A stretch of DNA of 64,000 bases from a virus (Duplodnaviria; Caudoviricetes), in IMG/VR virus record IMGVR_UViG_3300031867_000006, positions 1 to 64,000 of that record, one strand, 5' to 3'. The notes under the pieces were generated by a model. It was given only the letters and a program-made list of their open reading frames with translations. It was not told where the DNA came from and did not search any database. Within the stretch, counting starts at the first letter, position 1. Every line of letters starts with the position of its first letter. A program made the translations under genes and the position numbers. Shown piece by piece: positions 1 through 10,155 of the stretch.

Positions 1-226
1 TATGTGCGAATCTAAATCCTCTTCTCTGCATAATGGAATCTATGAATTTGTACTTCTTATCTATTTTAGCATTATACCTAACGCTAGTCGCAATTTCATG
101 CAAATCGCCTATGTCTGTAGGCGTCATAATAGAATATATAGATGGGCATTTTAGCTCATCATAGTCAAATTCTAACGCGGATTTATTCTTACTGTATAAC
201 TTCTGAATTAACGATATCCTGCTCAC
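1..226 (-). CDS. Hypothetical protein, 5' part only (runs off window)
   Basis: Manual translation: GGAGG RBS, then GTG at 226 overlapping the upstream stop; MSRISLIQKLYSKNKSALEFDYDEL...IMQRRGFRFAH is open to the window edge. Confidence 0.7.
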   Translation of the reverse strand, partial: MSRISLIQKLYSKNKSALEFDYDELKCPSIYSIMTPTDIGDLHEIATSVRYNAKIDKKYKFIDSIMQRRGFRFAH

Positions 227-1230
227 GGTGACGCACCTCCATTATTCTTCTTATAGATAGCATCTATAATATGGTTGGTCCACTCTCGCCGTCGTCTCTG
301 TGTATCTTCAGAACTTATATAAGTTGGTAACTTACCTTGGATTATACTTAGGCGCTTAGCCTCCGCGTTATATACAGATTGCATTCCCAATGCACTATCA
401 TATAAGTTATTATCAAACTTACCATCATCAAGCAATTGACTAATATATGGATTATCGGAATTGTGAAGCTTAAGTAATTCAGTATACTCTTTGCTATCAT
501 ATGTAGATCCGATATTACGTCTAGCTTTAGTATCAATATTCTTCTCAAGCCAGATCTCTCTTTCAAGCTTCCATAGATCGTCATTAAGGAACTCGCATAA
601 AGAATGACCCTCGAACTCTTTCTGCCCATTATAGAGCATAGTATTAATCATAGCAGCTTCTTGTTGCCCAGCAAGTACTCTATTAGGGCTGTTGCATACA
701 TTATATAGATGGACCATGTAGTTCCATTCATCCATGCTATGACGCTCTTCCTTAGTCATTACTTCATAACTAGAAGTTGGATTAAGCTTCTCGCTAATAA
801 ACTGATATAGTTTTTCTTGATCTAATTGTTTATCAGCATTCGCATAATTCCATTTCATCATCTCCAACTTAATCTGCTCATTAAGCTTCTGCTGTTGTAT
901 CATTGGAGATATAAATACATTGCCACCATATTGCCCAGGCATTCCATACATTCCAGTATACTGATAACCATACTGCTGATAATTAGGAACCTGCTGGTTC
1001 TGATATGGGTTATAATAATCACCGCCAAACATACTCTGTCCACTAGCCTGATAAGGATTTGGACCGTATGTGACTGGCTGAAATACATAATTCTGTTGCT
1101 GTGGGTTAGGCTGCATCTGATATTGTACAGTTTGACCCATCGGCACTATATTGCTATACGGGTTATATCCAGCGTTTGGAGAATTCATACCAAAGCCTCC
1201 TCCCTGGATATATTCATTCATTAGTCTCAC
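223..1230 (-). CDS. Hypothetical protein with Q/Y/N/G/P-rich low-complexity N-terminus
   Basis: 335-aa ORF with RBS; preceded by the 22-bp putative early promoter at 1265-1286. Confidence 0.75.
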   Translation of the reverse strand: MRLMNEYIQGGGFGMNSPNAGYNPYSNIVPMGQTVQYQMQPNPQQQNYVFQPVTYGPNPYQASGQSMFGGDYYNPYQNQQVPNYQQYGYQYTGMYGMPGQYGGNVFISPMIQQQKLNEQIKLEMMKWNYANADKQLDQEKLYQFISEKLNPTSSYEVMTKEERHSMDEWNYMVHLYNVCNSPNRVLAGQQEAAMINTMLYNGQKEFEGHSLCEFLNDDLWKLEREIWLEKNIDTKARRNIGSTYDSKEYTELLKLHNSDNPYISQLLDDGKFDNNLYDSALGMQSVYNAEAKRLSIIQGKLPTYISSEDTQRRRREWTNHIIDAIYKKNNGGASP

Positions 1231-1264
1231 TGTTACCTCCTTTGAGTTAACTGTATTTGTCTGC

Positions 1265-1286
1265 TACAATATTATAATATATAATT
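1265..1286 (-). promoter_or_regulatory. Putative early promoter, consensus AATTGYATAHTATARTWNTGTA (copy 1)
   Basis: AATTATATATTATAATATTGTA on the minus strand; near-identical copies at 2206, 29648, 30925 and 39119, each upstream of a minus-strand ORF. Confidence 0.7.
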
Positions 1287-1950
1287 ATTGTATAAATTGC
1301 TTGTAATTCAACGGTATTACATAGCTACACATAGTCAGATGATTCTCTGAGTAATCCATTTTAGGATAATCAGACTCTCTAACTTCGTATAATTTCTGTC
1401 TTGTCGATTTATCTATTAGATCATTATAGTATGATATTTTATAGATATCCTCAGGTCTAAGCCAAAATCCATTAGAGGTATAGAATACTTTATTCGCCTG
1501 ATCTAAACTCTTCGGTGAGTTTAGCCTTACGTGACCCTTCTGATGAAATAGATTTACATGAAGATTATGTGTAGTACAATAAGTGATTATAGCTTTGAAT
1601 AACTCTTGATTTTTAACAGGCTTACCATTAGTACCAAATAGCGTCCCTGTCGGACCAGCAGTAGCTATCCAGCTATCCATCCACTTCTTTATACCGTATA
1701 CTGTAAACTGGCTATCTGAATAGATGTAAATCTTATCATACTTATTAGGATAATATTGCATTATCTTCTCTGCCAATTTAATACCAATATAAACTGCAAG
1801 CATCTCCGATCTGTTATTAGTTGTATCAGGGCTAATTAGATAATCCTGCTCCCTATTATTAATGCAATAAGCTCCAGAACAACCAAATTGCCTACCATTC
1901 TCAAAATCACGAATAGAGGCATCTGTACAGATTTCTAATGTTTCCATCAT
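1285..1950 (-). CDS. rnhA: Ribonuclease HI
   Basis: ICTDAS, TTNNRSEMLA, IYSDSQF, W..W, PVKNQELF and HQKGH motifs of RNase HI. Confidence 0.9.
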   Translation of the reverse strand: MMETLEICTDASIRDFENGRQFGCSGAYCINNREQDYLISPDTTNNRSEMLAVYIGIKLAEKIMQYYPNKYDKIYIYSDSQFTVYGIKKWMDSWIATAGPTGTLFGTNGKPVKNQELFKAIITYCTTHNLHVNLFHQKGHVRLNSPKSLDQANKVFYTSNGFWLRPEDIYKISYYNDLIDKSTRQKLYEVRESDYPKMDYSENHLTMCSYVIPLNYKQFIQ

Positions 1951-2159
1951 AATTCGCTCCCCTTAATGCCTAACACATTAAATACACGATTTCTAAGAAA
2001 CTTATTTTGAATAATCTTTGTCAGCTCTTCATCTATAACACGTTCATTTTGCTTGAACATATGAATTTGAGCCAGAATTTCATTTTTCCTGTCAGCATAC
2101 GCCACAGGATCTTCTACATATTTTTCTAATAAATCAAAGTCAATTATTCGTCGTCTCAT
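1947..2159 (-). CDS. Hypothetical protein
   Basis: 70-aa ORF with AGGAG RBS, downstream of putative early promoter 2206-2227. Confidence 0.65.
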   Translation of the reverse strand: MRRRIIDFDLLEKYVEDPVAYADRKNEILAQIHMFKQNERVIDEELTKIIQNKFLRNRVFNVLGIKGSEL

Positions 2160-2205
2160 TATTCATTCTCCTTTCTAGACGATTATTATAAAGTCAACTT
2201 CACTT

Positions 2206-2227
2206 TACAAAATTATAATATACAATT
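2206..2227 (-). promoter_or_regulatory. Putative early promoter (copy 2)
   Basis: AATTGTATATTATAATTTTGTA on the minus strand. Confidence 0.7.
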
Positions 2228-2240
2228 AAACAAAACTTTG

Positions 2241-2263
2241 CCCCTAGGGATAATCCCTAGGGG
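2241..2263. terminator. CCCTAGGG-family hairpin, probable terminator
   Basis: CCCCTAGGGA-TAA-TCCCTAGGGG, perfect 10-bp stem, intergenic. Confidence 0.7.
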
Positions 2264-2300
2264 TAGTAACTAATTAATTAAAGAAAGGATGTGTATATGG

Positions 2301-3044
2301 TCAAAAATTGAAGAAATCTTCAACTGACTCTGTTTTGGGAGTTTCTGATCCAGGTTCCTGCTGATGAGGTTCTACATTAGCGTCCTCATTCTTAGGACCG
2401 CATTTGCACTCACCCTGAGGTCTTCCACATGTAGGGCAAATCTTCTTAGCCAGCTTCTCGGGTTTATCTGCTTCTGTAAAGATATCTGCAAATGGATTAG
2501 CAGACTCTTTCTTTACGCCGCACTCGCACTTGCTCATGGGCTTGCCACATTCCTTGCAGCACTTTTCTTTATTACCGGACTCTTTAACAGACTTTTTCTT
2601 CTTGATCTTGAATCCCTTGTCTGAAAGCTTCTTGGATATGTCTTCGATCTTACCAATCTTAGCCATCATATTGGAACCAGCCTTCTTAGACTTCTTGCAA
2701 GCCTCTGCGATCTTAGCAGATACAGAATCCTGAGATTCGATAACAAGACCTACAGCATGAGGATCAAGCTTATTAGCCTCGGCTACAGATACAAGAGCAG
2801 CCTCGATAGATGTAATGCCGTTATTCTGCATATAAGGCGCCAGATACTGCATCTCTGTGTAGAACTCACCCTTAATATTGATTACAGGAACAAACTCGGG
2901 AGCATAATGAACCTCTTCCTCAAGTTCTTCGATCTGTTCATATATATTAAGTACATGAGCTTCATTGATTGATGTGGACACTTCCATATCCAAATCGGAT
3001 GCTGCTACTTCAGCAAGAAGTGTTGTTGAATCTTTAAAAAACAT
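2301..3044 (-). CDS. Hypothetical protein with two Cys-rich CxxC..CxC knuckles, possible virion protein
   Basis: CKECGKPMSKCECG and CPTCGRPQGECKCG; ACA-N6-TAA motif at 3072-3084 upstream. Confidence 0.6.
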   Translation of the reverse strand: MFFKDSTTLLAEVAASDLDMEVSTSINEAHVLNIYEQIEELEEEVHYAPEFVPVINIKGEFYTEMQYLAPYMQNNGITSIEAALVSVAEANKLDPHAVGLVIESQDSVSAKIAEACKKSKKAGSNMMAKIGKIEDISKKLSDKGFKIKKKKSVKESGNKEKCCKECGKPMSKCECGVKKESANPFADIFTEADKPEKLAKKICPTCGRPQGECKCGPKNEDANVEPHQQEPGSETPKTESVEDFFNF

Positions 3045-3077
3045 TCCTATTACCTCCTTATGGGATAGATTTTAATA

Positions 3078-3863
3078 TTATGTTCTCGGTTTACTATTAT
3101 CCACAATATAACACATAGTACGTTTCTCTTGTGGAACTACATTAATACCTCTCTTGATCTCGTCTACACGATCTGATATCATAGGTTTGGTTTCTTGGAT
3201 AGCCTTAACTTGATCACCACCGGCCTGCTTGATGTATATCTTGTGATCATTGAATAATTGCATCTGATCGCTATATTTATTATTTGCTGTAGCATCTTCT
3301 GCATTATCTATAGCATCCAGAACCTCACTGTCGATATAATCATAATAATCTTCCTTAAAGCACTTATAGTCGCCAAAGACCTTATCAGTAGGAATAAAGA
3401 AGAAATTATTATGAACCATCTCATGTACAGTCTGAGAGAGTGGTATCAACCCTACATGTTTCAAATAATGATTATACATAACCTCTTCAGCACAAGCGAA
3501 TATATCCATATTTTCTTTATTTCTAATCCGCTTTCTTACTACGGCTATACATATATCATATAATGTCATTGGTGAATGGTGAATCTCGACTTTAACACCA
3601 GAGTTATCTCTAGAAGATGCACCTTCGAGAACACTACATTCATCCATCCCAGCATATGTCTTAAGATATTGCACAAGCCATCTGTATTCGAATGACTTTC
3701 TACATACGCCTTCGAGATCCTTAATAAACTTAGCAAAATCTCTATCGTCAGTCAAATCATATTGATCTGCATCAAATCTGGGTACATTACCAATTTCGAT
3801 AGTGGTTGAACCGCCATCTTCATAGTAATCATTACCCTGGTTCATATACTCAACATTTACCAT
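3078..3863 (-). CDS. Hypothetical protein, possible HNH-like fold
   Basis: C...VEIHH...LIPLSQTVHEMVH pattern resembles HNH; start moved to ATG 3863 after GGAGG; ends in KRTMCYIVDN motif. Confidence 0.5.
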   Translation of the reverse strand: MVNVEYMNQGNDYYEDGGSTTIEIGNVPRFDADQYDLTDDRDFAKFIKDLEGVCRKSFEYRWLVQYLKTYAGMDECSVLEGASSRDNSGVKVEIHHSPMTLYDICIAVVRKRIRNKENMDIFACAEEVMYNHYLKHVGLIPLSQTVHEMVHNNFFFIPTDKVFGDYKCFKEDYYDYIDSEVLDAIDNAEDATANNKYSDQMQLFNDHKIYIKQAGGDQVKAIQETKPMISDRVDEIKRGINVVPQEKRTMCYIVDNSKPRT

Positions 3864-3907
3864 GGCAATTAACCTCCTAATTAATAGAATGTTGAGCAAA
3901 TAAACGC

Positions 3908-4936
3908 TTATGTGGGTGTAATTAGAGGTTCTGCTGCATTAAATATACCAAATGAATCTCCATAATTTACATAGAATGTATCTACATGTGCTACAACATA
4001 GCCTTTATATGGAGCTTTTATTTCATCGAGTATTCTATATTTATCATACCCATCTATACTCCTGATCTTACATATAGCCTCATCTTTTTCAATTATACAG
4101 CCTACTGGAACAACCCACTCTAATAGACCAGAACAGTTTGCTGTTATATTAGCAGAAATTGCGTAATTAACCTTCTCTTTGAAATTGGTATGGAATTTTG
4201 AATTATATATACGCAGATTCTTAGTTATGAGCTTAATAAGCTCAATAAAGAAGTTTGTATCTATATATTCGAAAGACCATTGTGCTATAGAGTTAGCCAT
4301 ACCAGCTCTTTCTATAGTACATCCCAAGACCTTATTATTACCAATCCCTGGCATATTAGCTATCACGTTATTAACGTAATACTTAAGAGTTTCTAAGTCA
4401 TTCCTATATTTTATAGGCGCAAACACCTTATGGAATGCTCTATCTTGAGATTTAGTAACCTCATAAATAATCCTATCGATGAAAGCTACCCTTATAGGAT
4501 CATCATACGGATCATATACTATAGAATCACAACAGCAATAGCTATTATGGAAATCCAGAACAACTAGCTTAGCATCGTTATTATTTTTAAACTCAGTTGT
4601 ATTGACTATACTATCTATATGACCCATAATAAGCTGTCTAGCAGAGTAATCTGCGAAAGCATCATTCTGGTTATTACCAAACCATGCATTATCTCTGGAT
4701 CTATTCCTTATACCATTCTTATTAATAAATGGTATAATAATAAGCCTCTTGAAGTTATTCTTAATAAACTTCTGCAGAACTTCATCTCTGTTTATTCTGG
4801 CTATGATATTCATCAAAAGGATCGAGCATGGTAATTCATTACCATGCATCGACCCAACGAGAATCATATTATAAGAATGTATATCTGAAGACTCATATGA
4901 ATAAACAGATCCTTCATATTTTAGAAAATCATTCAT
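3908..4936 (-). CDS. M14-family zinc hydrolase (succinylglutamate desuccinylase/aspartoacylase-like)
   Basis: GSMHGNE Zn motif, IPFIN..G....R, LDFHN, TIE and a C-terminal hybrid-motif-like segment (EIKAPYKGYV). Confidence 0.75.
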   Translation of the reverse strand: MNDFLKYEGSVYSYESSDIHSYNMILVGSMHGNELPCSILLMNIIARINRDEVLQKFIKNNFKRLIIIPFINKNGIRNRSRDNAWFGNNQNDAFADYSARQLIMGHIDSIVNTTEFKNNNDAKLVVLDFHNSYCCCDSIVYDPYDDPIRVAFIDRIIYEVTKSQDRAFHKVFAPIKYRNDLETLKYYVNNVIANMPGIGNNKVLGCTIERAGMANSIAQWSFEYIDTNFFIELIKLITKNLRIYNSKFHTNFKEKVNYAISANITANCSGLLEWVVPVGCIIEKDEAICKIRSIDGYDKYRILDEIKAPYKGYVVAHVDTFYVNYGDSFGIFNAAEPLITPT

Positions 4937-4938
4937 AA

Positions 4939-5472
4939 TTAATATTCTCCTGTTGAACCAAATCCTCCACGATCTTCAGCTTCCAGATGATCAACCTCTT
5001 CGAATTCAAATTTAGGCTGATTCTCAACGATCCTAAACTGAGCAATCTTCTCACCTTGCTTAATAAGTACAGATTCCTTATATATAGGACTTGCTACATC
5101 TTTACCTGCGAAGGGGTGCATCTCCCAACCATCTTTAGGTGCAACTGATGCGATTACAGATAAGAACCACTGGTCATTGTCGCCACAATAGCTATTATCG
5201 ATAATACCGATAGAGTTTGCTACTGTAAGACCTCTCTTGATAGTAGATGATCTCGGTGCTAAATGTGCCTCATATCCTGAGGGAAGCTTCATGGCAACTC
5301 CAAGAGGGATAAGAGCACGCTGACCCTTAAGCACAATAGTATTCTCCGCGCAATACAGGTCGATCCAATCACCCTTGGCAATCTTCTCTAATCTAGGCAC
5401 ATTATCTGAAAAGTATTTGATCTTTACTTTAAGCTTTGTCTCATCTTCGATGAATTTTTTGTAGTCGCTCAT
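4939..5472 (-). CDS. dut: Trimeric dUTPase
   Basis: Motifs IDL, APRSS, GIIDNSYCG, IAQ and RGGFGSTG. Confidence 0.92.
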   Translation of the reverse strand: MSDYKKFIEDETKLKVKIKYFSDNVPRLEKIAKGDWIDLYCAENTIVLKGQRALIPLGVAMKLPSGYEAHLAPRSSTIKRGLTVANSIGIIDNSYCGDNDQWFLSVIASVAPKDGWEMHPFAGKDVASPIYKESVLIKQGEKIAQFRIVENQPKFEFEEVDHLEAEDRGGFGSTGEY

Positions 5473-6086
5473 TCTTTATTCTCCTTCTTTGCTGTTGGTG
5501 TTAGTATACTATTTAGATCTCTAGCATTCTTACTGTTAACGTATATCTCCTTTTTGGCTTTAATTATGTAAAACTTCGAAGGTATCAATGCATACTCCAC
5601 AGCACAGTTATTGCAATATGCTATAATAGTATCAGTATTATTGCTAGGCTTATTAAATATAAGTTTGTTATTACAATCTAAACACTTAAAATTATTGATA
5701 TTAATAAGTTGGTCATCCTTAGAGATAATATCGCCAATATCAAGCTTTATATTGTTATCATCCAGTGTATTCTGAGGTTCATTACTAATCTGTCTCTTAA
5801 GCTTAGTCAGATCAGTAGTAATATTAGTGAATTCAGACTCAGGGGTATACTTATAGATTGCTAAAAAGAGATGTCCTAACTCGGTAACAAATATAAGATA
5901 ATTAGCATTATGTACATTAGTTAGCATTATGAGACCATTCTTTTCATTAATCTCGTAATCATATGTACCATCGGTGTATATATTCATACTGCTAGTTATA
6001 TATTCGTCGTCTAACTGTTCCTGCTTATCAGCAATAAAATGTGCATCAAATAAACTGCATATATCTGTTACTGTCATAGCTATCAC
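5469..6086 (-). CDS. Hypothetical protein with zinc-ribbon-like CxxC...CxxC
   Basis: CLDC...CNNC; ORF in operon context. Confidence 0.6.
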   Translation of the reverse strand: MIAMTVTDICSLFDAHFIADKQEQLDDEYITSSMNIYTDGTYDYEINEKNGLIMLTNVHNANYLIFVTELGHLFLAIYKYTPESEFTNITTDLTKLKRQISNEPQNTLDDNNIKLDIGDIISKDDQLININNFKCLDCNNKLIFNKPSNNTDTIIAYCNNCAVEYALIPSKFYIIKAKKEIYVNSKNARDLNSILTPTAKKENKE

Positions 6087-6096
6087 GTCTCCTTTA

Positions 6097-6525
6097 TTAT
6101 TCTATTTCTTCCTCGCCCTCTTCATCATCCTCCTCATATTCATTATCATAGTCACTGTCATCGAAATCAATCGCAAGGACTTCCTCACTCTCATAAAAAT
6201 CCACTTCATCGATGGAGTATTTAACTGTATAGTTGAACCCATCGTAATATACATATAGTATATTACCATTCTCATCTGCTTCTGGAGGTAATACCCATAT
6301 GCTATCATCGTCATATAAGTTCTTAAGATCATTAAATACTATAGCAGCAATATTCTCAAATGGACTGATTATAGAATTAATACATTCCCTAAGATGCTCT
6401 CTGATTACTTCTAAAGCATCCTCCGGCTCATCGAATAGATACTTCTTACCACTAAGCTTATTAAAATCATTATATGACCAATTGCGATCATTTTCTATAG
6501 AAAACTTTGCTAAATAAAAACTCAT
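6097..6525 (-). CDS. Hypothetical acidic protein
   Basis: 142-aa ORF overlapping the upstream stop; D/E-rich tail. Confidence 0.65.
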   Translation of the reverse strand: MSFYLAKFSIENDRNWSYNDFNKLSGKKYLFDEPEDALEVIREHLRECINSIISPFENIAAIVFNDLKNLYDDDSIWVLPPEADENGNILYVYYDGFNYTVKYSIDEVDFYESEEVLAIDFDDSDYDNEYEEDDEEGEEEIE

Positions 6526-7517
6526 GAATATTTCCTCACCGTATCATCATCTTTAGATTCACCCTCAGTTTCGACTGTACCAATGACCTCATCTATAGAT
6601 TTATACTCCTCGACCTCATCAACTAAGCCAGTGAACTTATTATATTGCTGTTTGAAAATATCATCTATATACTCATCGCTAGCATTACCAATAAGATAAT
6701 CATCATCCTCTATCATATATACAGGAGATTCGAGAATATGTTCAACCATTTTATAATCAGCATTTTCCATACCAGGAATGGAGTGCTGACAAATATCTTC
6801 TGCATATATAATAAAGGCTGGATCTAATAATGCATCATGTAGTGATTGCATTCCACACGCGTGCTCAGGAGTAAAGCAATGAGTTATATCTAAAAGATCC
6901 TGCTTAGACATATTTGGAAGCATATGTACAAAGCTCTTGGTATCTGTTATATATTTAAAGTCTCGATACTCTAATTCCTCATCATACTTAGGCAATACCT
7001 TAATATGATCAAAGCTTGATTCGTTGATAATACCATAATTAATATGTTTATCGAACTCCTTCGAAGGTCTACATTTATAGATAACGTTCTCCATAAGTAT
7101 CTCTAATATAGGATTAGATGCATTCTCTATATAATCGAATATATAGGCATAATCATCACCACTTCCAGCCAGCACTATATAGTGAATTTGCTCAGGAACG
7201 TCCTCCGGTTCGAATGCTTCTACGCTCTTTCTGGAAATATCTTTCCTCTCAGCATCCTCTACAGAACCTCTGATATCACTAGCTGTATTGGTTTTATCGA
7301 TTGTCTTGACTGTAAGCTTACGTATATTAGTACATGCTGATACTAATTGATACGCATCGAATATATATCTGTCGGAAAACTTAATCAGACTTACTAAGTT
7401 ATATCTGCTATTATATATAGGGATCGCATACAACTCAGCCTCATAATCTAGGGAAGCAATTCTATCTTCCCTAGATAATTTTTTAAGCTTCCCGGCTATA
7501 TTTTTAAAAATAGCCAT
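6522..7517 (-). CDS. Hypothetical protein
   Basis: 331-aa ORF, translationally coupled. Confidence 0.7.
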   Translation of the reverse strand: MAIFKNIAGKLKKLSREDRIASLDYEAELYAIPIYNSRYNLVSLIKFSDRYIFDAYQLVSACTNIRKLTVKTIDKTNTASDIRGSVEDAERKDISRKSVEAFEPEDVPEQIHYIVLAGSGDDYAYIFDYIENASNPILEILMENVIYKCRPSKEFDKHINYGIINESSFDHIKVLPKYDEELEYRDFKYITDTKSFVHMLPNMSKQDLLDITHCFTPEHACGMQSLHDALLDPAFIIYAEDICQHSIPGMENADYKMVEHILESPVYMIEDDDYLIGNASDEYIDDIFKQQYNKFTGLVDEVEEYKSIDEVIGTVETEGESKDDDTVRKYS

Positions 7518-8506
7518 TATTCATCATCCTCCGAATACTCTTCTTCGCTTTCACTGTATTCTGTCTCTTCCTCATCGTCAGGCAGATCATCGCTAGACTC
7601 ACTGTAACCAGATGCTTCTAATTCATCAAGTTCTGTATCATCCTCTTCTGTAAGAGGACTTGTACTTTCTTCATCAGATTCATCCCATTCAACCAGTTTA
7701 TCAAGACGCTCTTCTTCACTGATCTCCTCTACAGGAACCTGATCACGGATGATAATATTAGTATTCAAATCTATTAGCCTCATCTTGGCTACAAGAGTAC
7801 CTTTAGGGATAGTAATCTCTTCATTGAATCTAACGTTCTTAGTATCATCTACAGATCTACCTCCACCGTAGTGGTGACCATATACATTTACAGCGTCATA
7901 CCTAACGAATTTAGGATTAAGCAATATTACAGGAACTTTCCAATCATTAAGACTGGAATGCTCATTGTCCAATATAAGAGGAGCTTCCTGAATGATACCG
8001 AAATTATCATACATGGTATCATATAAATATACCCATGCTTCATACTTCTTAGGCACTCTTATAGTAATACCAAGAGGAAGCTCTACACGCTGACCATACT
8101 CTATAGTTACATCCTGTGATAACTTTAGAGGTATCCATTTATTTTTATACTGAGACTTGAATGAGTTACCACCAGCATTCTTTTTGGTACGCAGAATAAC
8201 CTCGTCAAGCTCTTCCTTTCGTATGTTAGAATTCTCAAGAATCTGAAGAATCTTATCATGTTCATCATCCTTCTTCTCAAGCACTGAATAACGCTTATAC
8301 TGGAAGTTCTTTTCAGACTTCTGTACTATCTGATAATTACCCCAGCACTTCTGAAGGAATAGATCATAATTGTCATCATCATCGTAGATAAAATCCTGAA
8401 TATAATAGTACTCCTCATAAGGCTCATCTTCCTTACGCTCTATTATATTATTGAAGATTATCTGCTCCTTCTTAAGCTGACCTACCTTCTTTATTTTCTC
8501 TATCAT
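7517..8506 (-). CDS. dUTPase-fold protein lacking catalytic motifs, with acidic tail
   Basis: WIPL..SQDVTIEYGQRVELPLGITIRVPKKYEA...IPKGTLVAKMRLI parallels WIDL...ENTIVLKGQRALIPLGVAMKLPSGYEA...IKQGEKIAQFRIV of the neighbouring dut; RSS, GIID and RGGFGSTG are absent. Confidence 0.6.
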   Translation of the reverse strand: MIEKIKKVGQLKKEQIIFNNIIERKEDEPYEEYYYIQDFIYDDDDNYDLFLQKCWGNYQIVQKSEKNFQYKRYSVLEKKDDEHDKILQILENSNIRKEELDEVILRTKKNAGGNSFKSQYKNKWIPLKLSQDVTIEYGQRVELPLGITIRVPKKYEAWVYLYDTMYDNFGIIQEAPLILDNEHSSLNDWKVPVILLNPKFVRYDAVNVYGHHYGGGRSVDDTKNVRFNEEITIPKGTLVAKMRLIDLNTNIIIRDQVPVEEISEEERLDKLVEWDESDEESTSPLTEEDDTELDELEASGYSESSDDLPDDEEETEYSESEEEYSEDDE

Positions 8507-8508
8507 TT

Positions 8509-8790
8509 CTACTCACCTCTGAGTTCTCTGGCTGCTGCTAATGCATCTTCAAATCTGAAATATACTTTGCTGGATGTATGATGTATTTCAGATACCGGTT
8601 TATCAATATATATCTTTTCTATATCGCATACTCCTATATTAGCATCATTACATACATGATATAATAACGGTGTAAATGATACAGGCTCAGCAGGCTTTAA
8701 TCTATCTTTAAAGATTATTACTTCAAAATTACCAATAGCACCGCAGCCTCTGCAAGAACATCGCATATAGTTTACTTTCTTCTCATCCAT
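8509..8790 (-). CDS. Hypothetical Cys-containing protein
   Basis: 93-aa ORF in operon. Confidence 0.6.
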   Translation of the reverse strand: MDEKKVNYMRCSCRGCGAIGNFEVIIFKDRLKPAEPVSFTPLLYHVCNDANIGVCDIEKIYIDKPVSEIHHTSSKVYFRFEDALAAARELRGE

Positions 8791-9247
8791 TTTGCTTAGC
8801 CTCCTGAAGAGATTTGATACACTCTATCATATTATTATACTCTTTATCCAGCAAGCTCTTAGTTTCAATAAGTCTCCTAAGAGTAAATATATGATGAGTT
8901 CTGGAATCATAGGCTACTATGAGTGGATAATTATCGCGCATTTCTGTATACTCATACTTACGCAAGTTGGTGCTTAACAGATCCGTTAACTCTTCGGCTT
9001 CTTTCTTATTGTTTACGAGATAATATGTATAATCTCGACCAATAAGCATTGGTGATAAGTTAAGAAGCATCTCTACCACGCCTGTGTCGTTAACCTTAGA
9101 ACAGTCAATCTTACCGAGTTCATACTTCTTAAGCTCGCCTTTTTGGGTAAGATAGAACTCATGATCATCGGCATCTTCTTCCTTATCAAATACTTTTCCA
9201 TCTGAAGTCTTATACTTCTTTACAGATACTTCTATTTCCTCAATCAT
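8783..9247 (-). CDS. Hypothetical protein
   Basis: 154-aa ORF with N-terminal YKTSDGKVF. Confidence 0.65.
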   Translation of the reverse strand: MIEEIEVSVKKYKTSDGKVFDKEEDADDHEFYLTQKGELKKYELGKIDCSKVNDTGVVEMLLNLSPMLIGRDYTYYLVNNKKEAEELTDLLSTNLRKYEYTEMRDNYPLIVAYDSRTHHIFTLRRLIETKSLLDKEYNNMIECIKSLQEAKQNG

Positions 9248-10143
9248 ATTGCTATCTCCAATTTAATCTGCGGGTTAACTTCCTTGACTTTGGACTGGAT
9301 GTTATTCATTATTCGGAAATCTTCTACAGTATACTCATAGAAGTCCTTGCTAGGTACAGCAAACTCAGGCATCTCATCAGTATCTTCAAATACAATAGAT
9401 TCTCTATTGATGATTTCTCTAGCAGCGTCCATATGACGGTCATAAATCTGTGCATTAGCAATCACATGAGTAAATACTCCGGGAACATAACCCTTAATCT
9501 TAGAAGACTTCTTATAAGTATTCATATGACCAACGATCATGTTAAGCAGAGCAATATACTGAATTTCATTGATTGAGCCTGAGGTAAGATAATCGCTGGA
9601 TCTCTGAATCATCATGCAATCCACGTAATTATACATAGCACCATGTCTTACATTATAGATATTCTGGAAGCAGCAAGGCTTCAATCCATGATCAGACTGG
9701 AAATCATCATTCTGCCATAATGATATAATATGTCTTCTTCCATCGGGATCATTAACTAAGCCATTAAGCAGCTCATTCATAAGATCATGCTCTGCAACAG
9801 TACTGCCATAGCAGGAGCCAATTGTTCGATCTCCACAGTCCCATTCATCCCACCATGTAACACCATACTTATCTTTAAGAAGATCCAGATCATTAGACTG
9901 ATCCTGATAGATCCAAAGAATCTCTCCGATAGCAGACTTTATTGCAGTGGGCCTCAATGTAATGAATGGACAATCTCCTCCGTCAAGATCATACTTCATC
10001 ATCTCATGATTAATAGATAAAGTATGTGCGGGTACATCATCAGCCCATCTAGGTCTAGGATTCTCATCCATTGTACCTTCACGAATGATCTTGTTTAAGA
10101 TCTTCTTCTGATAATAATCTCCCTTTGTTATTAAACCTTCCAT
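9244..10143 (-). CDS. thyA: Thymidylate synthase
   Basis: EILW, YG, DPDGRRHIISLW, LKPCC, QRSSD.......N (dUMP-type Asn) and AQIYDRH. Confidence 0.93.
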   Translation of the reverse strand: MEGLITKGDYYQKKILNKIIREGTMDENPRPRWADDVPAHTLSINHEMMKYDLDGGDCPFITLRPTAIKSAIGEILWIYQDQSNDLDLLKDKYGVTWWDEWDCGDRTIGSCYGSTVAEHDLMNELLNGLVNDPDGRRHIISLWQNDDFQSDHGLKPCCFQNIYNVRHGAMYNYVDCMMIQRSSDYLTSGSINEIQYIALLNMIVGHMNTYKKSSKIKGYVPGVFTHVIANAQIYDRHMDAAREIINRESIVFEDTDEMPEFAVPSKDFYEYTVEDFRIMNNIQSKVKEVNPQIKLEIAI

Positions 10144-10155
10144 TATTCATCCTCC

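Noticed and set aside
9244-10143. ThyA homolog as a dCMP hydroxymethylase (modified DNA)
   Set aside because: It retains the dUMP-specifying Asn after QRSSD and overall ThyA features; no modification cluster is visible
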